Assembly (NCBI GenBank): GCA_963819465.1
Contig: CAWFWC010000012.1
Location: forward strand, 21,319 to 85,318
Length of the DNA stretch: 64,000 nucleotides
Origin: an uncultured Alphaproteobacteria bacterium
Lineage (GTDB): Bacteria > Pseudomonadota > Alphaproteobacteria > Rhizobiales > Xanthobacteraceae
Direction of reading: 5' to 3'
The notes under the pieces were generated by a model, which saw nothing but the letters and a program-made list of their open reading frames with translations, ran no database searches and was not told the origin of the DNA. Numbering within the stretch: the first letter of the stretch is position 1; the number at the start of each line of letters is the position of its first letter. Below, one piece after another: positions 37,650 through 48,520 of the stretch. Made by a program: the position numbers and the translations under genes.

Positions 37650-38111
37650 TTATTCGCAGGTCCGATAGAGCGCGGTCAGCTCCGGTCCCCGCATCATCTT
37701 CAGCTTCGGCGTCAGTCCGCCATGCCGGCCGATCCAGGCCTTCACCGCGGCTGGATAAAGCCGCATGACCTCCTCGCTGCCTTCCCGGGTCGGGATAAAG
37801 GAGCGCGAGGCGTCGTCGTAATACGATGCTGCATGGAAGCCCAGCTCCGCGCGACCGGTGACGCAGACCCGGTCTCTTGGAATAATGCCGGTCAACAAGG
37901 TGCATGCCGACAGACACGGTCCATCGATCACGACGCGTTCACCCGCGGCGCGCATCTGCTGGAACTTGTGCACATAGGAGGAGACTTCGCCCCCCACGTC
38001 GTTGGTGATAAGAACTGAGGCAGACGCCGCCCCATTCGTTAACGCGGCGCCGCTCAGCACGACGCACGACAGTACCGCAGCTTTGCCGGCTTTTATGGCC
38101 CGCTTTTTCAT
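37650..38111 (-). CDS. Secreted hypothetical protein (possibly COG3904-like periplasmic protein)
   Basis: The Sec signal is MKKRAIKAGKAAVLSCVVLSGAALTNGAASA. The segment ITNDVGGEV...RVVIDGPCLSACTLL resembles the SPGG...C.SAC pattern. The family call is tentative. Confidence 0.5.
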   Translation of the reverse strand: MKKRAIKAGKAAVLSCVVLSGAALTNGAASASVLITNDVGGEVSSYVHKFQQMRAAGERVVIDGPCLSACTLLTGIIPRDRVCVTGRAELGFHAASYYDDASRSFIPTREGSEEVMRLYPAAVKAWIGRHGGLTPKLKMMRGPELTALYRTCE

Positions 38112-38322
38112 GGAGTACCCTCCCCCTGTTTGGTCCCTCAGCCGCTATCGCTTCCTTTTGTGGCAAGACTCGGACAGTTCGCGAATCTAATCAAAAAAGA
38201 TCGTCGCACGTCGCGCGCACGGCCCCGCTCAACGATGCTATAAGGAACTCCCTGGAGCGGAACATTCAGCCATCCTCATCGCCCCATCAGTAAAGACACT
38301 TACGAAAACGAGTGCTCAGATC

Positions 38323-40068
38323 ATGGAAACGTCAGCTGCCCGCAAGACCAATGTTCCTGAATTCTCCACTGCCTATTATTTGCTCGAAGGCTTGAAAGAG
38401 ACGGGCATCGATTACCTGTTCTGCAATTTCGGGACCGACCACGCGCCGATCATCGACGAGATGGCGCATCGGAAAAAACTCGGCGAGCCGATGCCGAACG
38501 TGGTGCGCTGTCCGCACGAGAACACCGCGGCTCACATGGCCGCGGGCTATGCGCTCGTCACCGGCCGCGGCCAGGGCGTGCTGGTCCATGTCGATGTCGG
38601 CACCGCCAACACCGCAAACGGCATGCACAATATTTTCCGCAGCCGCCTGCCGGTGCTGCTGATGGCCGGCAAGGCGCCCTATACCGTCAACAACGAGCTG
38701 GTCGGCTCGCGTGACACCTATGTGCATTTCATCCAGGAGCCGTTCGATCAGGCCAGCCTGGTGCGGCCCTATCTGAAATGGGAATGGACTTTGCCGTCGG
38801 GCGTCGTCGTCAAGGAAGCCTTGCGGCGCGCGGCCTCGATCATGCAGAGCGAGCCGCGCGGGCCGGTCTATCTGATGATGCAACGCGAGACGCTGACGCA
38901 AAACTGGAGCGCCGATGATATCCGCAGCTATTCCGGCGAGGCCTACGCCGCGACGTCGCGCAGCGGCGGCGATCCGAAGTTGGCCGAGGCGATCGCGGAC
39001 AAGCTTCTGACAGCGGAAAATCCGATCCTGATCACCGGCTATGCCGGGCGGAATGCCCACTCTTCGCGCGCCATCGACGCGCTCGCGCAATTTGCCGGCA
39101 TCGCCGTCTATGAGGCTCACGCCACCAACAACATCTCCCACAACAGCCCCTGCTTTGTTGGCTTCAGCGCCGCAAACGCAGTGCCAAAGGCCGATGCCGG
39201 GCTCCTGGTCGACGTTGACGTGCCGTGGTTCCCGAACGTCACGCAGGCGCGGCCGGGTTCGTTCTGGGCGCATATCGACATCGACACGATCAAGCCCGGC
39301 TCGCCGATGTGGAGCTTCCCGGGCAATATCCGCATGCAAGGCGACAGCGGGCGCATCCTCGAACAGGTGCTCGAGGTGCTGAAAGCCAAGGCGACGCCGA
39401 AATTCAAGGACGCGGTCGCGACGCGGATGACCCGCATCAAAGCCATGCGCGACGAGCGCCACGCCCATGCGGCGAAGCTTGCGACCGACAAGGGCCGGCC
39501 CGGCGCCATCAATCCGCACTATGTCATGACCGAACTGGCAAAGCTTCTCGACGACGAGGACATGATCTTCAATGAAGGCATCACCAATGCCGCCGCGGTG
39601 TTTCTGCAAATTCCGCGTCCCGTCCCCAACACGCTCATCGTCGCCGGCGGCGGCGGCCTGGGCTGGTCGAGCGGCATGGCGCTTGGCGCCAAGCTTGCGG
39701 CGCCGGATCGCCTGATGGTGCAGATTTCCGGCGACGGCGGTTTCTATTTCGGCAATCCAACCTCGGCCTTCGCGATCGCCCAGCAATACAAGTTGCCGTA
39801 TCTCTCGATCGTGCTGGACAACACCGGCTGGAACGCGGTGAAGCAATCGACGCTGCGCGTGTACCCGGAAGGCGAAGCCAAGACCGCCAATTCATTCGAG
39901 TCCGAGCTTGCGCCCAATGTTCAGTTCTCGAAGGTCGGCGAAGCCTTCGGCGCCTATGCCGAGGAGCTGACCGATCCCGCCGAAGTGCCCGCCGCGTTGG
40001 CGCGCTGCATCCAGGAAGTCCGCGGCGGCCGAGCCGCGCTCCTGCACGTGCGGGTGACCAAGCTGTAG
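38323..40068 (+). CDS. Thiamine pyrophosphate-requiring enzyme (acetolactate synthase/benzoylformate decarboxylase-like)
   Basis: This is a 581-aa ORF. The N-terminal Pyr domain contains CPHENTAAHMAAGYALVTGRGQGVLVHVDVGTANT, and the C-terminal PP domain contains ISGDGGFYFGNP...LDNTGWN. Confidence 0.85.
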   Translation: METSAARKTNVPEFSTAYYLLEGLKETGIDYLFCNFGTDHAPIIDEMAHRKKLGEPMPNVVRCPHENTAAHMAAGYALVTGRGQGVLVHVDVGTANTANGMHNIFRSRLPVLLMAGKAPYTVNNELVGSRDTYVHFIQEPFDQASLVRPYLKWEWTLPSGVVVKEALRRAASIMQSEPRGPVYLMMQRETLTQNWSADDIRSYSGEAYAATSRSGGDPKLAEAIADKLLTAENPILITGYAGRNAHSSRAIDALAQFAGIAVYEAHATNNISHNSPCFVGFSAANAVPKADAGLLVDVDVPWFPNVTQARPGSFWAHIDIDTIKPGSPMWSFPGNIRMQGDSGRILEQVLEVLKAKATPKFKDAVATRMTRIKAMRDERHAHAAKLATDKGRPGAINPHYVMTELAKLLDDEDMIFNEGITNAAAVFLQIPRPVPNTLIVAGGGGLGWSSGMALGAKLAAPDRLMVQISGDGGFYFGNPTSAFAIAQQYKLPYLSIVLDNTGWNAVKQSTLRVYPEGEAKTANSFESELAPNVQFSKVGEAFGAYAEELTDPAEVPAALARCIQEVRGGRAALLHVRVTKL

Positions 40069-40081
40069 TCCATAACGACAA

Positions 40082-40113
40082 GGCGCCGGCAGTATCGCCG
40101 GCGCCCTTTTTTT
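40082..40113 (+). terminator. Rho-independent terminator of the TPP enzyme gene
   Basis: The hairpin ggcgccggc agtat cgccggcgcc is followed by ctttttttgggg. Confidence 0.75.
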
Positions 40114-40123
40114 GGGGTAGTCG

Positions 40124-41116
40124 CTACTCGACCTTGATCTTCGCGTCTTTGATGATCTCGCCGTATTTTTGCATTTCGCTGGTGATGAAGCTCGCGAAAT
40201 AGTCCGGCTTCGAGCCGATCGCCTCGAAGCCGAGCGTCGCCATGCGCTGCTTGACTTCAGGGTCGGCAAACACCTTGGCGATGCCTTCGTGCAATTTGGC
40301 GGTGACGTCGGCGGGCAGGCCCTTTGGACCCCACAGGCCATACCACGAGACGAACTCGAAGCCGGGCAGACCGGATTCCTCGACTGTCGGAATTTCCGGC
40401 ACATTGGGCTGACGTTTGAGACTCGTGATCGCGAGCGCCTTGATGCGGCCGGCCTGCGCCAACGGCAGCGACGACAGCATCGGATCGGCAAGCAGCTGAA
40501 TTTGCCCGCTCATCAGATCGTTGAGCGCGGGACCGGTGCCCTTATAGGCGATGACCAGCGTATCGACGCCGGCCTCGCGCTTGATCTTCTCGATCACCAG
40601 ATCGCTCGCCGAGCCGAGACTGGTCGTGCCGAACGTGTATTTCTGCGGTTCCTTGCGGACCAGATCGAAAAATTCCTTGAGGTTCTTCGCCGGCACATTG
40701 GGATTGGTGCTGATGATCAGCGGACCCGCGGCGAGCAGCGAAACCGGGGTGAAGTCCTTGATCACGTCGAACGGCATGTCGTGGTAGAGGAACGGATTGA
40801 CAACATGCAGCGAAGCGGTCAGCAGCAGCGTGTAGCCGTCGGGGTCGGCCTTGGCAACGACATTGGCGCCGACATTGCCCGAGGCGCCGCCGGCGCGGTT
40901 CTCGACGATGAAATGCGGCCCCAAGGTCTGATTGAGCTTGTCGACGACAATGCGCGCCACGCCGTCGACCGATCCGCCCGGCGGGAACGGCACGATCACG
41001 CTCACGGTGCGCTCCGGATAGTCCGCAGCCCAAACCGGAGTCAGAGCCGGGGCGAGCGCGAGCAGCGCGACAGCCGCGGCCATTGCAATGAAACGTCTCA
41101 CATTCCTTCTCCTCAT
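40124..41116 (-). CDS. Bug/TctC-family tripartite tricarboxylate transporter substrate-binding protein
   Basis: The signal MRRRNVRRFIAMAAAVALLALAPALTPVWA is followed by ADYPERTVSVIVPFPPGGSVDGVARIV...ENRAGGASGNVGANVVAKADPDGYTLL. Confidence 0.88.
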   Translation of the reverse strand: MRRRNVRRFIAMAAAVALLALAPALTPVWAADYPERTVSVIVPFPPGGSVDGVARIVVDKLNQTLGPHFIVENRAGGASGNVGANVVAKADPDGYTLLLTASLHVVNPFLYHDMPFDVIKDFTPVSLLAAGPLIISTNPNVPAKNLKEFFDLVRKEPQKYTFGTTSLGSASDLVIEKIKREAGVDTLVIAYKGTGPALNDLMSGQIQLLADPMLSSLPLAQAGRIKALAITSLKRQPNVPEIPTVEESGLPGFEFVSWYGLWGPKGLPADVTAKLHEGIAKVFADPEVKQRMATLGFEAIGSKPDYFASFITSEMQKYGEIIKDAKIKVE

Positions 41117-41121
41117 CAATG

Positions 41122-41901
41122 TCAGAACGTTCCCGGATAACTTCCGCCGTCGATCAACAGGTTTTGCCCGGTGATATAACCGGCATGTTCGGAACAGAGA
41201 AAGGCGCAATAGGCGCCGAGCTCGGCCGGATTGCCATAGCGCTTGGCCGGACTGGCAGCCGCGCGCGCCTGCCAGATTTCATCGAACGTCTTGCCGCCTG
41301 GCACCAGCATGCCTTCGATATGGCGGCGCTGGGCGTCGCTGTCGAAAATGCCGGGCAACAGATTGTTGATCGTGACATTGCGCGCGACAGTTTGCCGCGC
41401 GAGTCCGCCTGCGAAACCGACCAGGCCGGAGCGCGCACCGTTCGACAGGCCAAGCTCGAGCTGCGGGACCTTCACGCTGCGCGAGACGATGTTGATGATG
41501 CGGCCGAAGCCGCGGGCCATCATGCCGTCGACCGTGAGCCGCATCATCTCGATCGGGCCGAGCATCATCGCGTCGAGCGCGGCGATCCAATCCCGCCGCG
41601 TCCAGTCGCGGAAGTCGCCCGGCAGCGGACCGTCGGCATTGTTGATCAAGATGTCCGGGGCGGCGCAGCCGGCGACGGCGGCGCTACGGCCTTCGCTGGT
41701 GGTGATGTCACCCGCGACGGTTTTGACTTTGACGCCGGTCGCCTGCGCGATCTCGGAGCCGGTGCGTTCGAGCACGTCCGGCGTACGCGCCACGATGGTG
41801 ACGTTCACGCCTTCCCGTGCGAGCGCCAGCGCGCAAGCCTTGCCAAGGCCTCGGCTCGCGCCACTGATCAGCGCATTCTTGCCGGCGATGCCAAGGTTCA
41901 C
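41122..41901 (-). CDS. SDR-like oxidoreductase (atypical catalytic region)
   Basis: The motifs ISGASRGLG and INNADG are present. The classical YxxxK is not evident at the expected position, which reads ...LGLSNGARSGLVGF... Confidence 0.75.
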   Translation of the reverse strand: MNLGIAGKNALISGASRGLGKACALALAREGVNVTIVARTPDVLERTGSEIAQATGVKVKTVAGDITTSEGRSAAVAGCAAPDILINNADGPLPGDFRDWTRRDWIAALDAMMLGPIEMMRLTVDGMMARGFGRIINIVSRSVKVPQLELGLSNGARSGLVGFAGGLARQTVARNVTINNLLPGIFDSDAQRRHIEGMLVPGGKTFDEIWQARAAASPAKRYGNPAELGAYCAFLCSEHAGYITGQNLLIDGGSYPGTF

Positions 41902-41944
41902 GACGTCACCGGCGCGCTGAGAAGCCCGGTAGCCAAAGCGCCGC

Positions 41945-42886
41945 TTAGGCCGCCACGGCGGAGAGCGGCTTGAGCTTGTAACCGTAGGCCTTGTCGAGCC
42001 CGAGATCGGCGATGATGCGGAGCCCCTTCGCGAGCGCTTCAGCGTCGAGGCCGGTGAGCGGCTTGCGCAGATCGCCGGCCGGCATGCCCAGCGCCTTCAT
42101 CAGCGACTTCACGGCGACCGGGTTGATCGCCGAATAGGTGAAATGCAGAAGCGGCAGCATCTTCAGATAAGCGTTCTTGAAATTCTCGGCCTCGGCGTAG
42201 CTCGTCCAAAGCGTTGAGATCATCGCCAGTTCAGCCGGTGCGATATTGCCGGTCATATTAGCGGTGCCGTGGCCGCCGAGCGACATGGTCGGCACGACAA
42301 GGCCGAGATTGGGGCTGTCGCAGCACATCACCGCGACATTCGGCTTCGCCGCCAACACCTGGGCGACTTGGCCGACACGCGCGGTGGATTCCTTGTGCAC
42401 CACATAATTCGGATGCTTGAAGATGCGGATCAGATTATCCCAATGCAGATCGCTCTTCACCCGCGGCGGATTGTTGTAGATGCCGAGCGGCAGATCGGTG
42501 GCGTCGGCAACGTCGAGGAAGAAGCGCTCGATATCGGCTTCCGGAGCGCAGATATAGGCCGGCGCCGCCAGGATCGCGCCGTCGGCGCCATTGTCCTTGG
42601 CGAAACGGACACTGGCGATCGTCGCGTCGGTATTGTTGCCGGTGCAGCCGAAGAAGATCGGCATCTTGCCGGTCTTCATCTTCGCGGTCTCGACAATGAT
42701 CTTCTTTTTTTCTTCCGGCGATAGCATGGATGTTTCGCCGGTCGAGCCCATGATCAGGACAGCGGCGGTGCCGTGGCTCTCCTGAAACTGCAGGAGCGTC
42801 CGGAAGGCCGCGAAATCGACCGAGCCATCCTTGTTGAACGGCGTGATCAGGGCCACGAACGAGCCGGTCAGCTTCTTACTCGACAT
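41945..42886 (-). CDS. Dihydrodipicolinate synthase/N-acetylneuraminate lyase family aldolase
   Basis: The motifs are GSTGE, IYNNP (Tyr) and VVHKEST, which carries the candidate Schiff-base Lys. Confidence 0.85.
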   Translation of the reverse strand: MSSKKLTGSFVALITPFNKDGSVDFAAFRTLLQFQESHGTAAVLIMGSTGETSMLSPEEKKKIIVETAKMKTGKMPIFFGCTGNNTDATIASVRFAKDNGADGAILAAPAYICAPEADIERFFLDVADATDLPLGIYNNPPRVKSDLHWDNLIRIFKHPNYVVHKESTARVGQVAQVLAAKPNVAVMCCDSPNLGLVVPTMSLGGHGTANMTGNIAPAELAMISTLWTSYAEAENFKNAYLKMLPLLHFTYSAINPVAVKSLMKALGMPAGDLRKPLTGLDAEALAKGLRIIADLGLDKAYGYKLKPLSAVAA

Positions 42887-42933
42887 TGCGATCTCCGTTG
42901 TCCTTAACGTGTTGAACGATCCTAACAGGTGTC

Positions 42934-45231
42934 TCAGCCGGCGGCGAGCAAAGGCTCGGCCAGCACCCGCACCGGTAAATCCGCGCCGATCCAGCGTTCG
43001 ATTTCAACCAACGCCGTCAGGGCGCTCGAGCCCTGGGTCAACCGCGACGTGCCGATATCGAGCGTGAGCACATTGGGATTGCCGCCGCGCTCCGGTTCGC
43101 CGTCGGAAAGGTCCATCCACGCGCCGGTCGCCATCACTGCAACTTGCGGCAGCACGCCGTCGTCGATGATCGTGCCGGCGAGGCAGGCGCCCCGATCGTT
43201 GAACACGCGCACGACGTCGCCTTCGGCAATGCCGCGCGCCGCAGCGTCGGCCGGATTGATGCGGATCGCCTCGCGGCCCGCGACCTTGGCGGCCTGCGCC
43301 ACCGGCCCCGGATCCATCTGACTGTGCAGGCGATGCCGCGGCTGATTGGTGACGAGATGGATCGGCCAGCTTTTCGCCTGCTCGCCGCCGAGCCATTCGG
43401 CGGGTGCGATCCAGGACGGATGCATCGGGCAATCGTCATAGCCGAAGCCGGCAATGGTCTCGGATGCGATTTCGATGCGGCCGGACGGAGTTTTCAGCGG
43501 ATGCCGTTCCGGATCGCGTCGGAATTCCTCGAACAGGACGAAGTCTTTCTCCGGCTGCGGCAGTTCGACAAAACCTTCGGCCCAGAATTGCTGAAAGCCC
43601 GGCAGTTCGACGCCTTTGTCGGCGGCGCCTTTGCGCACGCGATCATAGATGGCTTGGCACCAGCCCATCTCGTCGCGACCTTCGGTGAAGGCCTGCTCAT
43701 AACCGAGCTCTTTCGCCAGTGCGCGGAAGATATCGAAGTCGCTGCGCGCTTCGCCGACCGGCTCGATCGCCTGATGCATGGCGAAGAGAAAAAGATCGCG
43801 CGATGAGCCGCCGACATCGTTGCGTTCGAGCGTCGTCGTCGCCGGCAACACGATATCGGCGCGGCGCGCCGTCGGCGTCCACCAGCTGTCATGCACGATG
43901 ACGGTCTGCGGCCGCTGCCAACCCTGTCGCAAGCGATTGAGATCCTGATGATGGTGAAACGGATTGCCGCCGGCCCAATAGATCAGCTTGATGTCGGGAT
44001 AGACGCTGCGGCGGCCGTTGAAATCGTAAGACCGCCCCGGCTGCATCAGCATGTCGGCCATGCGCGCGACCGGGATGGCCGCGCGTGCTGGATTGACAGC
44101 ACTCGCGATCTCCGGACCCGGCAATTCGGGACGCGGCACGCCGACGCCATTCATCGAACCGTGACCGAAAGCAAAACCGCCGCCGGGAAGACCGATGCCA
44201 CCGAGCATGGCGGCGAGCACGATCGCCATCCAATACGGCTGTTCGCCGTGATGCGCGCGCTGCAGCGACCAGGCGCAGGTGATGAGGCTGCGCACCGATA
44301 CGGCGCGGTGTGCGAGCGTCCGGATCGTTTCCGCCGGCACGCCGCAGATCGCAGCGGCCCATTCCGGTGTTTTCGCAACGCCGTCCGTGGCGCCGAGCAG
44401 ATAACGCTCAAACGCGGCGAAGCCGGTACAGCAGCGGTCGAGGAAATCGCGATCGTGGCGTTGCCCGGTGACGAGCACGTGCGCCATGCCCAGCATCATG
44501 GCGGTGTCGGTATTGGGACGGATCGCGATCCATTCAGCGCCGATGCCTTCCGGCAAGTCGGAGCGGTTCGGGCTGATAACGACGAATTCAACGCCATTGT
44601 CCTTGGCGCGATTGAGCCAGGTCTCGAGCACATGCGCGCCGGTGCCCCCGGACGTTATCTGCGCATTCTTCAGCGCCAGGCCGCCGAAGGCGATCATCAG
44701 GCGCGTGTGCTTGACGACCGAGGACCAATCGGTGACGCGTCCGGTCACCGGCTGAAAGGTGCCGATCACATGCGGCAACAGAAACTGCGCCGCGCCCCAG
44801 CTGTAATTGCCGAGCTGATCGACGAAGCCGCCGCCGAGCGCGAGGAACTTCCGCACCAGGGTGCGCGCGTGATGCAGCCGTCCGGCCGACGACCAGCCGT
44901 AAGAGCCGCCGAAAATCGCCGTGGCGCCGAACTCCTCGCGCACGCGCTTGATCTCGCCGGCAACCAGTTCAATCGCGGTCGGCCACGACACTTCCTCGAA
45001 CTCGTCGGCGCCGGTGCGCGGCTGACCCGGACCTTGACCCTTGCGCCAGCCTTTGCGTACCGCGGGCCGCGCGATGCGCAGCGGCGAATGCACCATGGCC
45101 GGGATCGCATCCAGCATCGCCGAGGGCGCCGGATCGCGCGCAAAGGGCTCGCAGCCGACGACACGGCCATTCTCGACGAGAGCCGTATAGGCTCCCCAAT
45201 GGGCGAGAGAGGGAAAGCGGGCGATGACCAT
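42934..45231 (-). CDS. Cytoplasmic molybdopterin (bis-MGD) oxidoreductase, BisC/S-N-oxide reductase-like
   Basis: This is a 765-aa ORF. The N-terminus contains SLAHWGAY, with no Tat signal and no N-terminal Cys cluster. DMSO-reductase-family blocks are present throughout. Confidence 0.8.
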   Translation of the reverse strand: MVIARFPSLAHWGAYTALVENGRVVGCEPFARDPAPSAMLDAIPAMVHSPLRIARPAVRKGWRKGQGPGQPRTGADEFEEVSWPTAIELVAGEIKRVREEFGATAIFGGSYGWSSAGRLHHARTLVRKFLALGGGFVDQLGNYSWGAAQFLLPHVIGTFQPVTGRVTDWSSVVKHTRLMIAFGGLALKNAQITSGGTGAHVLETWLNRAKDNGVEFVVISPNRSDLPEGIGAEWIAIRPNTDTAMMLGMAHVLVTGQRHDRDFLDRCCTGFAAFERYLLGATDGVAKTPEWAAAICGVPAETIRTLAHRAVSVRSLITCAWSLQRAHHGEQPYWMAIVLAAMLGGIGLPGGGFAFGHGSMNGVGVPRPELPGPEIASAVNPARAAIPVARMADMLMQPGRSYDFNGRRSVYPDIKLIYWAGGNPFHHHQDLNRLRQGWQRPQTVIVHDSWWTPTARRADIVLPATTTLERNDVGGSSRDLFLFAMHQAIEPVGEARSDFDIFRALAKELGYEQAFTEGRDEMGWCQAIYDRVRKGAADKGVELPGFQQFWAEGFVELPQPEKDFVLFEEFRRDPERHPLKTPSGRIEIASETIAGFGYDDCPMHPSWIAPAEWLGGEQAKSWPIHLVTNQPRHRLHSQMDPGPVAQAAKVAGREAIRINPADAAARGIAEGDVVRVFNDRGACLAGTIIDDGVLPQVAVMATGAWMDLSDGEPERGGNPNVLTLDIGTSRLTQGSSALTALVEIERWIGADLPVRVLAEPLLAAG

Positions 45232-45342
45232 GCTGTCTATCTGGTGCGGAGTCTTTGTGATCCTGGGCCGCTTTCAGCCACGGCGCGTCGTCGCGGCCTG
45301 TATTGGGCTGAGATTCCAAGGCCACGCGGCCAGGACTACACC

Positions 45343-46305
45343 CTACGGGCTCGCGTGATTGATGAATTTCTCCGGCGGCTTCTCGCCCCATTGCGACATC
45401 AGCGCTTCGTCGGCTGAGACGAGATTGGAGCCGTTGGCGATATTGAGCCGGTCGCTGTCGGCCCAGTGCTCGTGCACGCGGCCCCACGGGTCCGCCCAAT
45501 AATCATAGACCTGGCTGCCGAGCACATGGCGGCCGATACCCCACATATGCTCGTAAGTGCCGAAGTTCTTCAGATAATCGTGGCCCATGCAGACATCGTC
45601 GATGTCGGGCACTTCGAAGGAGAAGTGGTTAAGCCCGGTCTTCTCGTGATTGAGACAGAAGAAAACGTGATGATCGACATAAGTGTCGCCGCGGTCGCAG
45701 CGGTTGAATGAGCCGATCAGATTATCCTTGTGTTCAGCGTAGACATCGTCGGAACAGATGAAGCCAAGCATCTCGCGGAACCAATCGACCGTCTCGCGGA
45801 ATTTCGGCGTCATCATCACGCCGTGGCCGATGCGCTTGACGTGGGCCGGGCCCTTGGGCAGCCGCATTAATTCGCCGGCGCGCGCGGTTGGCGCTTCGCC
45901 GGAATTGAGCTTCTGCCGCTTCACCGGAATCGGATCGACCGGCGCGATACCGGCAACCACTTCGATCTGGTAGCCGTTCGGGTCGGTCAAGCGCACGCGC
46001 TTGCCGCCGCCGGGCTCGTCGATGTTCTCGACACCAGAGGCGCCCGGCGCCTTGGCGAGCTTCTTCAGATCGTCCTCGTCATTGACGTAATAGGCGATGC
46101 CGACGAATTTCGAATCGCCTTTTTCGGTGACATGAATGTGGTGATTGGGATCGGTCCCACGCATATAGAGCGCATTTGCGGTACGCTCGGTGCGATGCAG
46201 GCCGAAGCGGGTCAGGAATTCTTCCGCGACATCGAGATCCGGAGACCGCAGACGGCCCCAAGCGATATCCGACGCTTTCGACCAAGGCATTTCTCTCTCC
46301 CTCAC
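45343..46305 (-). CDS. VOC superfamily / extradiol ring-cleavage dioxygenase-like protein
   Basis: The protein has a two-module VOC layout (...HHIHVTEKGD..., ...RIGHGVMM..., ...HHVFFCLNH...FSFEV..., ...GRHVLGSQVYDYWADPWG..HE). The start may be the internal MPWSK. Confidence 0.75.
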   Translation of the reverse strand: MREREMPWSKASDIAWGRLRSPDLDVAEEFLTRFGLHRTERTANALYMRGTDPNHHIHVTEKGDSKFVGIAYYVNDEDDLKKLAKAPGASGVENIDEPGGGKRVRLTDPNGYQIEVVAGIAPVDPIPVKRQKLNSGEAPTARAGELMRLPKGPAHVKRIGHGVMMTPKFRETVDWFREMLGFICSDDVYAEHKDNLIGSFNRCDRGDTYVDHHVFFCLNHEKTGLNHFSFEVPDIDDVCMGHDYLKNFGTYEHMWGIGRHVLGSQVYDYWADPWGRVHEHWADSDRLNIANGSNLVSADEALMSQWGEKPPEKFINHASP

Positions 46306-46504
46306 AAGTCATGCGCCGCGGCAAGGTCCGCGCTGCTGACTTTAGTCTGCCACGATCAAATCACCGGTGCCACAGCGGCGTCATGCGGCAAAGCATGATT
46401 GCCTTGCCGCACACCGTGAGCTCACCCGCGCTTGTGGTCGCCAAACGCAGCCGGCCGGAGAGCTTTCTCCGGCCAGGCCATCGGTTTCGACCGATTGTTG
46501 GGTT

Positions 46505-48520
46505 TCAGAATACGTCTTCTTTGAGCGCCGTGGCGCCGACCGTCCGTAAGCGCGGTGCGGCCGCCGGCGCCGGAGGGTCGGCCGTTGCCCCATCCTCGAC
46601 GCGGAAATAAGCGACACGGCTATCCATCGCCTGCGACTGCTGCTCGAGGGTCTTTGCGGTCGCGGCATTCTCCTCGACCAGAGCCGAGTTCTGCTGCGTC
46701 ACCTCGTCCATCTGGGTCAACGCCTTGTTGACCTGATCGATGGCCGACGATTGTTCGGCGCTGGCCGCCGCGATATCGGCGACGATATCGGCGACTTTCT
46801 TGATTAAATCGACAATGGCGGAGAGCGCCGAACCCGCCTCATTGACGAGTTGCACGCCTTCTTTCACTTCGCCGTTGCTGTTTGTGATCAGGGCATTGAT
46901 GTCCTTGGCGGCCTGCGACGAACGCTGCGCGAGGCTGCGGACTTCGGAAGCTACGACGGCGAAGCCGCGCCCGGCTTCGCCGGCGCGCGCGGCTTCGACC
47001 GCGGCATTGAGCGCCAACAGGTTGGTCTGCCGGGCGATCTCATCGATGACGCCGATAATATCGGAAATCTTGATCGAGGATTCCTCGATGCGGGCCATCG
47101 CCGACACCGCCTTCGCCACGACCTGACCGCTGCGGCCGGCCAATTCGCGCGTGGTGATCGCCGACTGGTTCGCCTGCTGGGCGTTCTCGGCGTTTCGTTT
47201 GACGGTCGCGGCGATCTCTTCCATCGAGGCCGAAGTCTCTTCGAGGCTTGCCGCCTGCTCCTCGGTGCGTTGCGACAGATCGGTGGTGCTGGTCGAGATC
47301 TCAACGGAGGCGTTGGTGACTTCGCGCGCAGCCTGCTTCACGCCGGAAATCGTCGCGCCGATTTCCTGCGCAGTCGTATTCGCATTGTCTTTCAACCTGC
47401 CGAACTCGCCCTGATACTCGGACGTCATGCGCCGAGTGAGGTCGCCCTTGGCGAGCGACGCCAACATCGCGACGAGATCACCCAAGGCCGCGCCGACATT
47501 TTCACAAAGTGTGTTGATCGAAGAGCCGACGCTGAGGATCAGGCCGCTCTTGCCGTTCAGGTCGACGCGCTTGGAGAAGTCGCCGGCGACTGCGGCCTGG
47601 ACGATACCGCCGACGGCTGCCTCGAACTCGCCGGCGAGATTCGCCGCCGCCGCTTCGCGATCCGCGGCGGCCTTCTTTTCCAGCTCTTTCTGCTCACGTT
47701 CCATGCGGATTTTTGCTAGGCCGTTATCTTTGAAGATGATTGCGGTCTTGGCGACATCGCCGATTTCATCCTGACGATCGGTGCCTTCAACCTCGACATC
47801 GTAGTCACCACCGGCAAGTTTCTGCAGCAGGACGACCAGCGCGCGCACCGGTTTGGCTACACCGTATTGACCGATCAGGAATCCAAGCAGCAGACTGACG
47901 GCGATGCTGATGCCGGCCGCCATCATCATCAGTGTCGACACGTGGAGATAGGCTTCGGTGGCGTCGGCGTTCACGTCGACGACGCGCTTGCCGTAGATTT
48001 CCATCATGGCCCGCATCGAGTTGCGCAACCCGCCGACGAGCTTGCTCGCGGACCCGGCCGCGTCGCGCACCTGCTGCATTTCCTGCGTCATCTGAAAGTT
48101 CTGCACGCCGTTGGCGGCTTGATAGATGCTCGTGATGGCGCCGTTCAGGGCTTCCATGTCGCTTGATATCTTGGCGAGCCGCGCTTTGCTGTCTTCCGAA
48201 ACGACAAGCCCGCTCAAGGCGGTGAAGCGCTTCTTGAAGTTGGCGAGTTCGTCTTTGATCTCGGCTTCCGCCGCGTTACGGTTCTCCGGGCGTGGATCGC
48301 CGGCGAGGCGGTAGATATTAGCGCTGATGGCCTGAAGGTTGGTATTGATGCGTGAGACCAGGAGCGCCTCGTCGGACGTCCGCGACACGAGCCCGGTCTG
48401 CTCCGCGATTTGTTTGAGTGAAGAGATGCCGAGCGCGGTGATGCCCGCCGCCGCGAGCGACAGGATTCCAATGACGGCGAGAATCTTAGTGAGGATGCGG
48501 AAGCGGGACAGAATCGACAT
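46505..48520 (-). CDS. Methyl-accepting chemotaxis protein (periplasmic helical sensor + HAMP repeats)
   Basis: The signalling hairpin is [41 protein letters not shown]. There are two TM segments. Confidence 0.92.
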   Translation of the reverse strand: MSILSRFRILTKILAVIGILSLAAAGITALGISSLKQIAEQTGLVSRTSDEALLVSRINTNLQAISANIYRLAGDPRPENRNAAEAEIKDELANFKKRFTALSGLVVSEDSKARLAKISSDMEALNGAITSIYQAANGVQNFQMTQEMQQVRDAAGSASKLVGGLRNSMRAMMEIYGKRVVDVNADATEAYLHVSTLMMMAAGISIAVSLLLGFLIGQYGVAKPVRALVVLLQKLAGGDYDVEVEGTDRQDEIGDVAKTAIIFKDNGLAKIRMEREQKELEKKAAADREAAAANLAGEFEAAVGGIVQAAVAGDFSKRVDLNGKSGLILSVGSSINTLCENVGAALGDLVAMLASLAKGDLTRRMTSEYQGEFGRLKDNANTTAQEIGATISGVKQAAREVTNASVEISTSTTDLSQRTEEQAASLEETSASMEEIAATVKRNAENAQQANQSAITTRELAGRSGQVVAKAVSAMARIEESSIKISDIIGVIDEIARQTNLLALNAAVEAARAGEAGRGFAVVASEVRSLAQRSSQAAKDINALITNSNGEVKEGVQLVNEAGSALSAIVDLIKKVADIVADIAAASAEQSSAIDQVNKALTQMDEVTQQNSALVEENAATAKTLEQQSQAMDSRVAYFRVEDGATADPPAPAAAPRLRTVGATALKEDVF

